Assembly: GCA_964234715.1 (NCBI GenBank)
Contig: OZ174276.1
Source: Podarcis melisellensis
Taxonomy: Eukaryota
Length of the DNA: 64,000 bases
Reading direction: 5' to 3' (one strand)
Shown: positions 1-10,275 of the stretch, piece by piece
Layout of the letters: each line of letters starts with the position of its first letter
How positions within the stretch are numbered: position 1 is the first letter of the stretch
Translations under genes and position numbers: made by a program
Notes under the pieces: generated by a model
The model's database searches: none
What the model was told of the DNA's origin: nothing
The model's input: only the letters and a program-made list of their open reading frames with translations

Positions 1-835
1 TGTGATCATTATCAACTAGCCTTTCCTATTTGCATTATTAAAAAAAATAATGTGCAGAGATGTCTAATTTGGCTCATTTGCTTTGAGGAGTTACATAAGG
101 TGACACGACCACAACATTTTGCCCCTATGAGTTGGAGTGGCCCATGCAATGTTTCTTGTTAAGGTCTTTCAGATTGCAGATGTTCATGTTTTTATGATCT
201 GTTGCTTTGCTAACTGTTGGTCTGCCTCACATTCAATTTTAATGAACAGCAAAGCAAGGAAAACTTTAAGAATGAGGGGGAGAAACAAGTGACCTCGCTT
301 TATATTCACATGCTTCCAATTAAGGGGTCTGTTATCTTACCCAAGATAACTGGAAAAGGATACTCAAAATACTACCTTGTGTAAATACAGCTATTGCCTG
401 CATTATATCACCAGGAGTTCTCAACACATCTGGAACGAAAGTAGTTCCAGTAACATTAAAGCATCCTATTTTGGTTGGCACGCAGATGCTGTGGTATATG
501 CCAGTCAGTAATGGGTTTTGGAAACAAGCTGCTCTAAAACTCTCCTGAACTATTCTCCTGGGAAATTATTCAATTAAATACAACTAAAATTAATGCTTGT
601 GTGTTTTGTTTGAATAAAACAAAATAAGCAGCTGGAAAAGAAAATCCCTGGTGCATGTTGGAGAGCAAGGGCTCCAGGTAATATTCATGGATTCTGAGCT
701 CAGTTCTTGCCCCACTACTCTTTCCACCAAGTACTCATTCTAAGTGATGATTATTGCTGTAACTGATGGTGCGTAGTTATTCTTTCTTCATTCTCTGGAA
801 TAATTTTGCAAATATAAATAATTTCTTTAGTTTCA

Positions 836-925
836 GGGTAGAGAACCTGTGGCCTTCGATATGTTACTGTACTTCAGTTCCCATCACTCCTGACCATTGA
901 CTATGCTAGCCAGGGTTGATGGGAG
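836..925. mobile_element. Degraded hAT-type MITE fragment
   Basis: Diverged core ...ttcccatcactcctgaccattg...gggttgatggga, shared with the intact MITEs below. Confidence 0.55.
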
Positions 926-985
926 GTGGAGGTTTTTAAGCAGAGGTTGGATGGCCATCTGTCATGGATGCTTTAGCTGAGATGT
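926..985 (+). mobile_element. CR1 LINE 3'-end fragment
   Basis: ggaggtttttaagcagaggttggatggccatctgtcatggatgctttagctgagat is nearly the reverse complement of 21680-21735 and a typical CR1 ORF2-end/3' UTR sequence. Confidence 0.65.
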
Positions 986-1184
986 AGTTGAACAAAATAT
1001 TCAGGGCGATATTCGTTCATTCATTCATTTGTAGATTTGTATACCAAAAATCCTAGGGTGGTTCACAACATAAAAATACAAAAGGAGAACACAAAATACA
1101 TAATGGAAACAAGAACAAAAACAAAAACAAATGAACAACCCCCTTTCCACAAACATTTTATTATTTGCTAAATTTAGTATAAAG

Positions 1185-1695
1185 ACAGATGGAGAATAAA
1201 ATCAAGGAGACATTCAAAAGAGGAAATGTTGTAGTAACAGGTGACTTCAATTACCTTCACACAGACTGAGTGCATATGTGCTCCAGTCATGAAGAAAAGA
1301 TAAAATTTCAAGATACCCTAAATGACTGTGCCCTAAAATAGTTGGTCACGGAGGCTACCAGAAGGGCAATAGCCCTGGGCTTAATCCTAAGCAGTTCTTG
1401 GGATCTGGTGCATGATTAAATGTTGTTGAGCAGACTGGGAATAGGGACCATAGTGCTATCAAATTCAATATATATGTAAATGGACAGTTGCCAAGAAAAT
1501 CTAACACACACATTTGACTTGAAAAGAGGAAACTTAGCCATTACCAAGATGTTCTACCCCTCCACTGTCAGAGACAGTATGCCTCTGAATACCAGTTGTT
1601 GGGAATCACAATGGGGGAGAGAGCTGTTGCACTCATGTTGGATGCTGAGCCAGGTGGGCCTTTGGCCTAATCTAGCAAGGTCGTTCTCATGATGT
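1185..1695 (+). mobile_element. Decayed CR1 LINE: APE-endonuclease remnant joined to a CR1 3' UTR
   Basis: Reads MENKIKETFKRGNVVVTGDFNYLHTD*...LNDCALK*LVTEATRRAIALGLIL, then after a frameshift LGNRDHSAIKFNI. These match the CR1 EN motifs GDFN, EPTR-xx-LDLIL and LGxSDH. A CR1-like 3' UTR (tgcctctgaataccagttg...gggcctttggcctaatctagca) follows from about 1540. Confidence 0.8.
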
Positions 1696-2629
1696 CAAGA
1701 CCATTGCCTCTAAGGATTTGCTGAGGAAAGCAAAATTTATATCAGCACAACTTGCTTCCATTTGTTATTATTTGAGACTAGCTCTTGTGTAAAGGGCTGA
1801 TTATAGTTTGCTTCCTCTTAGACATTTATGAAACTTTCCCATTATTTGGGCATAGATGAGAATTTATGGCTTTCATTTGCTTTGGGTTTTAATTTTTTCT
1901 TTGGGCTTTAGATTCCCTTTGGTGCTCAGTATTAAAGCGCTCTGCTTCGCATGTGCACATTGGCCGCAATCTTTTTCATCACTGGCATGATACACAATGT
2001 TTGCTTTCTTCTGTTGAGCATAGTGTTGCATTGTTTTGAAGTGTGTAGCCTGGTGTTTTGCGTGATTCATTTCCTTGGCATTTCACTCTAAGGTGCTCCC
2101 TTGGAGGGTGGCAGTGGCTATGGAGACTGGGTTGCCTCCAGATTAAGCTTCGTAATGTTCTTGGTATGATATGAAATGTTCTGGGCTTCAGGTTTTGAGA
2201 TGTTTTTCTTCAACCCGGTTCCAGTATACATACATTTGCCATGTCCCATGACTAATTTTGTGATGTATATTTTACAGATATACATTACTCTGTTGATATA
2301 GATCTATTTGGAGAAGCTGGGTTTTACACGGTGTACCTCCAGAATAAATATAAGGGATTTGAGCGAGGAAGCTACTGGGAGGCTTCCAGGCATCCTGATT
2401 CCAGCTAGCCAATGCCATCCATGCAGAGGCTGGCTGCATTGTCACTCATTGGTTTGCCAGCCAATTTATTTGTGTACTCCATCATAACCAAAATGGTAGG
2501 TGTGGGGTGTTCTTCTCTTGCCACTATACTAGTACAATGAACCCCTGGTACTAATGTAGTCTTAATCTCTTTCACATGCTCATCTGTTTCTCAGTCCACA
2601 TCACCCAGACCTGCAATTTGTCTATATTA

Positions 2630-2743
2630 GGATGGGGAACTTGCTGAACTACAATGCCCAACAGCCCTCCAGCCAGCATGGTCAAGGCTGAAGGGAGATT
2701 TGGTCAAACAATATGTGGATGGCCAAAGGTTTCCCACACCTGC
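2630..2743. mobile_element. Old hAT-type MITE
   Basis: Degenerate termini (ggatggggaac ... gtttcccacacctg) around an aactacaatgcccaacagccc core. Confidence 0.5.
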
Positions 2744-3138
2744 CTCTATACATACTCTCTGCTTGCCTCATGTGATCTTTTTGTCTCTCAGGTATCTCTC
2801 CCTCAGTCTTGCCTCCCTCTGTGCAGATTCACATCTCTAACTGCCTGACTTGCTTTTTTAAATATTTTCTTTCCATCATTTTCCATCACAGATGGCATCT
2901 TTCTCTTCCAGGCCATTTAGTCATTTCTTTTTATAATTTATAGTCCCTTCTTCATGAAATAGAGGCAGTTTCTAATAATGAGAATAATGCACTTTAGCCA
3001 CACAGCAAAAATCAAATCGGTCCATTAGAACTGGCTAATGTTACTGGTGAGAGGAAGGAAATCTGTGACAGTTTTCTCAAACAAGAATATCCTAGATCCT
3101 CACCAGACTTGCTACTATGTACCTGCTTGTCACCAGTG

Positions 3139-3491
3139 CCCATCTTCTTCTTCTTCTGCTGCCACCTCCCGCAGCTCAGTATGCATAGCAGCAAATCATA
3201 TGCGGGACCTAGATGCAGCTGTTCCTCCACAGCTGCTGCCATCTCCAGATGGAGAAAACTTAAAGGGTTCTGCAGAAGCAATGAGAGGCTCACCCAACCC
3301 TGATACAGCATGCCAGCCAGATGGTAGAAGGACATGTTGAACATGGTCCTCCTCCTCCTCCATACAGAACTCCAGAAGAGTGACTAATTTCACCCCCCCC
3401 CCAATGTTATGTCAAAGGGTGGTTTCTGAGGTTCTGGGGCAATAACTTTTACCTGCAGGAGGTGGCAGCAGCAGTAGAAGAAGAAGATGGG
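3139..3491. repeat. Old foldback element (inverted arms about 36-39 bp, about 280 bp apart)
   Basis: cccatcttcttcttcttctgctgccacctcccgcag (3139-3174) versus ctgcaggaggtggcagcagcagtagaagaagaagatggg (3453-3491). Confidence 0.55.
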
Positions 3492-4814
3492 AACAGTGGC
3501 ATTTTTTGCATCGGTTACCTGTTATGTCTAGTGCTGAGGGCGCTGCCTTGCCCTGCCTTTGTCCACTATCATTCCTTCCCTTTGGAACAATGTGTGTTTG
3601 CCTGCACTTAAATCATAGGCGCCATCTCTCTGGGTGCCTGGGCTCCCACAAAATGTTAGTTATGTGTGCCCGTGGGTGCCCAGCCTTCACCTCTGCCTCC
3701 TCCGCAGCTGCCACTGTACACTGGGTGCCACCGCCACTGCCTTACCTCTTGCACTCTTGCACAGCCACTGGACCTGGGCTTCTGCCTCTGCCACAAGGCC
3801 CTGATCCAGTCCCCACCACGGTACAGGCTCCGGTCCAGTCACCACCATGACGCTAAAGTTCAAGAGGTAAGGCAGTGGCCATGGCACCTGGTGTGCAGTG
3901 GCAGCCTGGCGTCACGCTGTAACATCATCAAGTTCGAATAAAAGCCTGGCTTGGAACCTCACACATGGAAGAAAGGCTGGGTGGAACTGAAATAAAGGAA
4001 ATCCTGCTCTCCTGTAGTCTTATTAATCTGTAGCTAAGATGCGATTGTACCTAGCACTGCTGCTAAATCCATTCCCCTCTTCATTTTGCAAGTGCAGTTT
4101 GTATTTGGCTTACTCAGTGGGCAGGAACTGTGAAGCCTGTTCTTTAAGGCAGCTGCCAAATCCAAGTAAGGCTTTTACATATTTTAAATAAATCAGAAAA
4201 TCAATTAGTACAAATACGAGGAGGTTATATGGCAAGAAGCCTGCTTTTCTTCTGAGTGCTATAGGAATGCTGCCATGCTTGGGACTCTGTGTGTGGTTCA
4301 GAAGTATAAAAACTCTCAAGCCTCTTGGGAGAGGGCACACCTGAGTAGCATACAGACAGAAACTCTGATTCAGGATGGGATGTAACCAAGTAAATCTTCC
4401 TTCTCCCGTGGGGGTAGAGAGAAGGAGCATTTTACTTGCTATAGAACAAAAATGTTATTTTCTTAAGCTGAGCAGTTTCCAGTTTTCCTTCTTCATTGCC
4501 CATCTGCCCTGAATTTCACAGAGTTCTCTTTCCCTCTCTACCCATTTCCCCCTCCAAATTCTTTCCTGGTGAATTCATGTTAAAGAAGAGTGATGGAAGG
4601 GAAGGCTGTTTATTTTCCTTTTTCTTAACATTTTGTAATGTCCTGGGTTCCTGATCGGTGCCTCACACAGACTGCATATTTTGGGCTCACAAAGATTAGG
4701 GACTTCCAGGCTTGGTCTACCTGGAAACCACAGTGGCGCCTTGCCATGAATGACAGCTTTCCTATACAATGTATAGTATACGTGGAACACTTCAGGAATT
4801 CAGTACACTTCACA

Positions 4815-4990
4815 TAATCTCAGCAGTCCTTGCTACACCCCTGTAAGGTACAGCAGTATTTCCCCTCTCTATTACTGATGGTAGGGCTTAACACCGAGAA
4901 GAATGTTAGCTTGCCCAAGATTATCTAGTGAATTTGTGGATGAGGTTAGCAGGCAACTCACAGCTCACACTCTTGGCTACTGAAATACAA
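4815..4990 (-). mobile_element. Old MIR/CORE-like SINE remnant
   Basis: acacccctgtaaggta...gcttgcccaaga...gtgaattt resembles the reverse-complement CORE segment. Confidence 0.4.
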
Positions 4991-5016
4991 TAAAGTACAA
5001 TATCATTTGTAAGGTT

Positions 5017-5195
5017 CCAGTTACAGATAGGTAGCCGTGTTGGTCTGCCATAGTCAAAACAAAACAAAATTCCTTCCAGTAGCACCTTAAAGACCAACTA
5101 AGTTAGTTCTTGGTATGAGCTTTCGTGTGCATGCACACTTCTTCAGATACACTAACTTAGTTGATCTTTAAGGTGCTACTGGAAGGAATTTTTTT
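5017..5195 (-). mobile_element. Penelope-like element (PLE) terminal-repeat fragment with inverted segment
   Basis: 12-bp direct repeats atttgtaaggtt at 5005-5016 and 5196-5207. Internal 42-bp inverted repeat (5066-5107 / 5151-5192, 1 mismatch), typical of PLE insertions. Sequence gtagccgtgttggtctgcc...gtagcaccttaaagaccaac...gagctttcgtgtgc recognised as a squamate PLE terminus. Confidence 0.8.
5113..5150 (-). ncRNA. Minimal type I hammerhead ribozyme motif
   Basis: Minus-strand RNA: GUAU-CUGAAGA-A-GUGUGC-AU-GCACAC-GAAA-GC-UC^AUAC. It has core boxes CUGANGA and GAAA, a UH cleavage site, 4-bp stem I, 6-bp stem II and palindromic AGCU in place of stem III. Confidence 0.8.
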
Positions 5196-7017
5196 ATTTG
5201 TAAGGTTGTTATTCCAAATGTAAACCATCCCCATAGATGTAACTGTTTATAAAGTGAAGTGTTTATAATGTACAAACTACAGGGGTAGTTTAAGCAGTGA
5301 GTTCTTGCAAGTACTGTGGTTGCTCAAGAAAATGCTGTGCAATTCCTCTTTTTTATTGAATGTAAATGGACTCAAAGTGGGGCATGGTCAATTTATACAC
5401 TTGGCAGTTGTTCTTTCTGGAAACAGTTTTCTGTTTTGTGCTCCAGAAGCCAGAAAAACATAATTCAAAGACGGTGACACTATTTTTTGTTTTAAAAACT
5501 ACTTTAATGTGGCTGTGTAACTTGTGAAAGTCATCAGTTTTGAATTTTCATCGTTCGAACTGAGCAAAGGTACTAATAGAAACTTTTTCTCATAAATTAC
5601 TTCATAACCTACCACCTGTCAGTTGGCCTCACCCCTGCCACACTGACTGTATATGTGAAGACGGGATTGAATTTACTAAAACGTTGACCTAATATCCAAG
5701 AGCAGGAGGCTTGCAACTGGAAGACAACATGTTGAAACTTCACTCGGATGTTGGCAGCTTGCTAATTTTTGTACTGCTTAATAATTTTCCTTGTTTTTTC
5801 ACTCTGAATTCATTGTGAGGTCTGTGATGGAAACCAACCATTCTGTAAGGAGCTGTTTTATACAGCGTCACCCTTGTGAACCCGATGAGTTTTCAGTGGA
5901 TGTATGGCATCCTTAGGAGACGCTTTTCTCTGCCATTATCTATGACCTCTTCTCCTGGATATGCCATCTCTGAAGAAACTGGAATGTTAACCTCTTTCTA
6001 TATATATATTTATGTTCTTATACTTCTCAGTGCAAGTGGGACCTGTGCTAAGTGTGGAGTGCCAGGCAGCTGTGCCTTCTTTCCCCTCTCATTTCACTTT
6101 ATCCCTCTTCCCTACAATGTTCCATTCTGCCCCCTGCCTTCCTTCAGCAGTCAGCTAGCATTCTGTGTCCACTGAACATGCTCAGTGTCTCCCACTCCCC
6201 TGCACCCCCCATTTTGGGGAAATACATGTGAATCCAGATTTGGAGAGTGGAGTTTGCTCTTCACATATATCAATACCTGCACCTTGAATCTCAGCTGAAA
6301 ACAAATATGCAAGTAATGGTTTTTTAACGCCGAAGTGCAGTTAGCGCTTGCTTATAGTCAGGATGTCATTATTTGTGCTGAAAAATGGAATATTGGTGAG
6401 AAGAAGCACAACTGTAAGAGAGATATTCTATAAGGAAGCTGTTTAAACAGGATCATGCTTCAGTTTTTATTCTCAATTATAACTGAGCCTTAGAAATTGT
6501 ATTTATACCAATATGCAAAGGTGCAAATATTTTCCATTTGCAGGTTTGGACAAAATCTGTGGGGCAATAGAGTGCAGTGCAAGTAGCATGAGGGCTGAAT
6601 GTGTGGGGCCAGTTTCTAATCTCTGGTCATTTGCAGGTAGCTTTGGGGTGATTCTTGCCCATTGCAAAAGTGGAGGTTCTGTGCAGCCACTCCAAACAGC
6701 CCAGATAAAATTTTCACCCTTCTTCTGGTCTAAATTTATAAAGCATTTTGTTCTAACTACTAACCATGGGCCAAGGAACAGATGTGTCTGCACGTTCTTA
6801 ATCCGTTATGCTAGCTAAGTGCAGCATCTACATGGGCTACACCTACTGAGATGCTTTTGGGTGGCTTCTGCTTGGCTTCTGCCAATAAGTTAGATCAAAG
6901 CTGCAGAGCTCTTGGTTGCTGGAAGGGTGCCATAAAATGATAACATTGCATTTGTTTGGGTGTGATGGTGGAAAACCTGGATATTAATACTATATAATGA
7001 TATTTCTTTTTTAATAG

Positions 7018-7119
7018 AAATCATCGACGATATCACCAATTTAGTAGAAAATACCGACAACAAGCTGCGCAACCAAACCAAGCGTGTAATGACAGTGGAC
7101 AGAAAATCATCTTCTTGTG
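7018..7119 (+). CDS. STX8: Syntaxin-8 penultimate exon (C-terminal half of the SNARE motif), 102 bp, phase 1/1
   Basis: Acceptor tttcttttttaatAG (7016-7017), donor GTAAG at 7120. Translates (E)IIDDITNLVENTDNKLRNQTKRVMTVDRKSSSC(G), closely matching vertebrate STX8 EIIDDLANLVENTDEKLRNETRRVNMVDRKSASCG. Not in the ORF track. Confidence 0.96.
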
Positions 7120-7510
7120 GTAAGATATGGTTTGACTTAAAAGTCTACTTTTAAAATAATTTTTTTTAAAAAAAATAGCTGCCATTTTGTAGCTTCTAAT
7201 TATTGGCCTGAAGCAGTCTAAATAATTTTTCACTGTCATCTTGTAATGGTTAATGGCAGTTAATTAAGCACGGTTTAAGCAGCTACTGCTTTTGAGAGAG
7301 TGAGGAGAGAAAAGAAGACATGATAGAAGAGGAGTAAAATTAGTATCCTCATATAGAGAAGGGGAGTTATTTGTAGAAGTGATTCCATTTGGTAAAATGT
7401 CTGTGCCTACAGATACCCTACAAAGCAGAGAGTTCTCTTATGTGAAGGCCACCAATGTTGCAATTTGTGTTGCTACTATTGCACTTTCCATATTGTCAAA
7501 CATAATAAAC

Positions 7511-7646
7511 CAGGCATAGGTAAACTCCGGCCCGCCAGATGTTTGGGACTACAATTCCCATCATCCCTGACCACTGGTCGTGTTAGCTAGGGATGATGGG
7601 AATTATAGTCCCAAACATCTGGAGGGCCGGAGTTTGCCTATGCCTG
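7511..7646. mobile_element. hAT (Charlie/Buster-type) MITE, 136 bp
   Basis: TIRs caggcataggtaaactccggccc / gggccggagtttgcctatgcctg. Perfect 8-bp TSD taataaac (7503-7510, 7647-7654). Nearly fully palindromic. Confidence 0.92.
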
Positions 7647-7771
7647 TAATAAACTGTGTGTTGCCAGTTAAGCCATGTGTGTACATAATTTTAAATCTTT
7701 ATTTTCTTGGCACATGATAGGTATAGGATATTTAGCACCATTTCGTTTCCATATAATACGTTGGTTTAGTG

Positions 7772-7892
7772 CAGGGTTTCCCAAACTTGGGCCCCAAGCT
7801 GTTTTTGCACTACAATTCCCATCATCCCTGACCACTGGGATGATGGGAATTGTAGTGCAAAAACAGCTGGGGACCCAAATTTGGAAACCCTG
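7772..7892. mobile_element. hAT MITE, 121 bp
   Basis: TIRs cagggtttcccaaac / atttggaaaccctg. Perfect TSD gtttagtg (7764-7771, 7893-7900). Near-perfect palindrome. Confidence 0.92.
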
Positions 7893-10059
7893 GTTTAGTG
7901 CAAAACAGTATGAAACACTGGTCGGGCTGATAAAACACAACTGAATACTCTTCTACGATTCCTTGATGTTTCAGATAACTGCATGTGTTAAATTTCAAAA
8001 GACTTAGATGTAAAACCAATTGTGTGGGGCAGGGGAACCCTTGATCTTTATTGTTGAGTTTTGTGTTCACAGTGCACTTAATTTGCTGAATGTCTTAATA
8101 CTGAATGTCTCTTAAATGACTTAAGCAAAAGAGAAGGAAGGCCATCAAGCTAGACTCTTCAACTGCACTTAGAAAGAACAATCCTGTGTTTGTTAGAAGT
8201 ATCTGTATCCCTCCTTCTGTCTGGCAGAAAAGACTTCAATGCCGCGGACAGTAAATGGAAATTAATATTTAATAAACATAATATACTTGGTTAAGATAGT
8301 AGTGGTTCATGATGGCTCTGCAGGGAGGAGGGGATGATGATGGAAAATGTCTGATCTCCTGGCTTTAGATGTTGCTATAAATGTTGTTGTTGTTATTTAT
8401 TAGCAACTTTACCATGGTACCGGGGGCGGGGGGAGCTTCTGAAGCATACAGTTTGTGCTAGCATTATTAGCATTAACATCGTAGGCCTGGTGGCAGTCAG
8501 CCATTTGATATTAAACCCCTACAGATTGCTGTGTAGTTGAGTTCTGAATCTGAAAGCAGGGATTTGCACCCGTATCTAGTCACGAAATCATATAGTGTAG
8601 ACTAGTGATACTTTTCCCCCATCATCAAGCAGAGGGCAGTTGCTTTTCAGATTGATTCGATTTTACCTAGCAACCTGGCTCTATGAAATGCTAAGAGTCA
8701 GAGAACAAAGGTATATTTCATCTGATATTTCCAAAGACAATTAAAGATGACTTAGTCTATCCTCCACGCTTTCCCCTCTTTCCCCGCCAGTTCTTCCAGC
8801 TCACTAGAAATGCATATGAATGGTAAGATATAGGAATGGGTTGTATTAAAACCTCCCATTTTCTTCTGTTCCACAAGGTGGCATCGCAGCGAGATGTCTC
8901 TTTGCTTTTAGTTTTTATGGTGTCTTTAGGGGAGAACAAAAATCATGGCTTTAAATTCTATCACCTAAATCGGTATGCGCTGCGCTGTGCTGTATTAACT
9001 TCTCACATGAATATTAATTTTTTACGGTGTTCCTCAGACTTTGCTGCAAACTTTAAATAAATCTGCGGGGTTTTTAAAATGTGGATGACATCCTAAAAGA
9101 ATGTCCCTAGAAAGTAGGAGTATGCCCCCAGCTCTCACCTTATTCATCATTCTGGTGCAGTACCTACATTCTTTGGCTATTTTTCTCAGAAAGTCAATTG
9201 GCTTGATAAATTCAGGGCTGCAAGTAATCAGGTTTGTTCAGCTGATGCAAAGTATATATATTTTGACGAGTGAAAGTTCCATCCGCTTTATTTTTAGTAT
9301 TGCGGGGAGCTTAGTTCAGTGTGACATGAAGTCAGCCTTTCCTGTGGCCGGTTTGCCAGAAGATTGTGCCAGCGTTCTTTCCAATAACTGCACGGACAAT
9401 TGCCTTGGGTCTGAACCAAAAGATGATTTCCCTGAAACAACTTTTTTCCCTGGTTTATGAGCTGTTCCATTTTTCTCTTTGCTCCTTTTCATGTTTCCTA
9501 AGCCCAGCTATCTGGGTATTTGGAATCACTTTCCACGATGTTACTACCATTTGGTTTGTGATGTTGGCAGATCTTATGCCATGAAGTGTGTGTGACACCT
9601 CATACCAATAGGAGAGCAATGGATCAAGTTTGGAGAAGGGGCATAAAAACATAGTAACTTCTTTTTGTAAGATGGGAGGTGGGTTCTTATTTCAGCTGCT
9701 ATTTACATAATAAAAATGTGCATTAATTTCATTCATGAAGTTAAGATCAGTCTAATTTGGCCCTGAGACATAGAGATAACTTGTCTGGATGGTGGCCAAC
9801 AGTGGCCTTTGGCTGCAATGGGGCCCTGTAACTGCTGAGGTGTCATTTATTTCAGATTCAGACGCTGGGACTGCTGCGCTCATATATCATCCCCTTATGC
9901 CTGTCAAAATGTTTGTGCTTTTTGAGGACTTCAACTGCTGTGGCATGTTAATCAGAAGCTCAGATAATTGTGCCCAGCATGCTATGATTTGCAGAGTTCA
10001 AGACCCTAAGCAGCAGTGGACGCTCACAAGACAGCATCGTTTCATACATATTTTTTTCT

Positions 10060-10275
10060 TCTTTATATCTTGTCAAGAGCATCACAGATCCTAATATGCT
10101 CGCCTCCCACCACCATCAGATCCGCTCTCTCCTTTTCCCATTCTCCTCTGGTGAAGTGGAGTAAAGGATAAGTTGCTTGACTTGCCAAGGTCACCCAAAC
10201 AGCCCCATGGCATGGCTATCATTAAACCTGTATCTCTGGAATTCTATCCCAATGCTTTAATCACTGAGCAACCTC
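10060..10275 (-). mobile_element. Old tRNA-derived SINE remnant
   Basis: tgacttgccaaggtcaccca...aaacctgtatct...gctttaatcactgagc resembles a reverse-complement SINE head and core. Confidence 0.45.

Noticed and set aside
3012-3941. Cluster of 64-114 aa ORFs
   Set aside because: Explained by GC-rich repeat-derived and triplet-rich sequence. No homology or exon structure.
1-7017. Further upstream STX8 exons
   Set aside because: No sequence matching the preceding SNARE-motif exon was found. The window appears to start inside a long intron.
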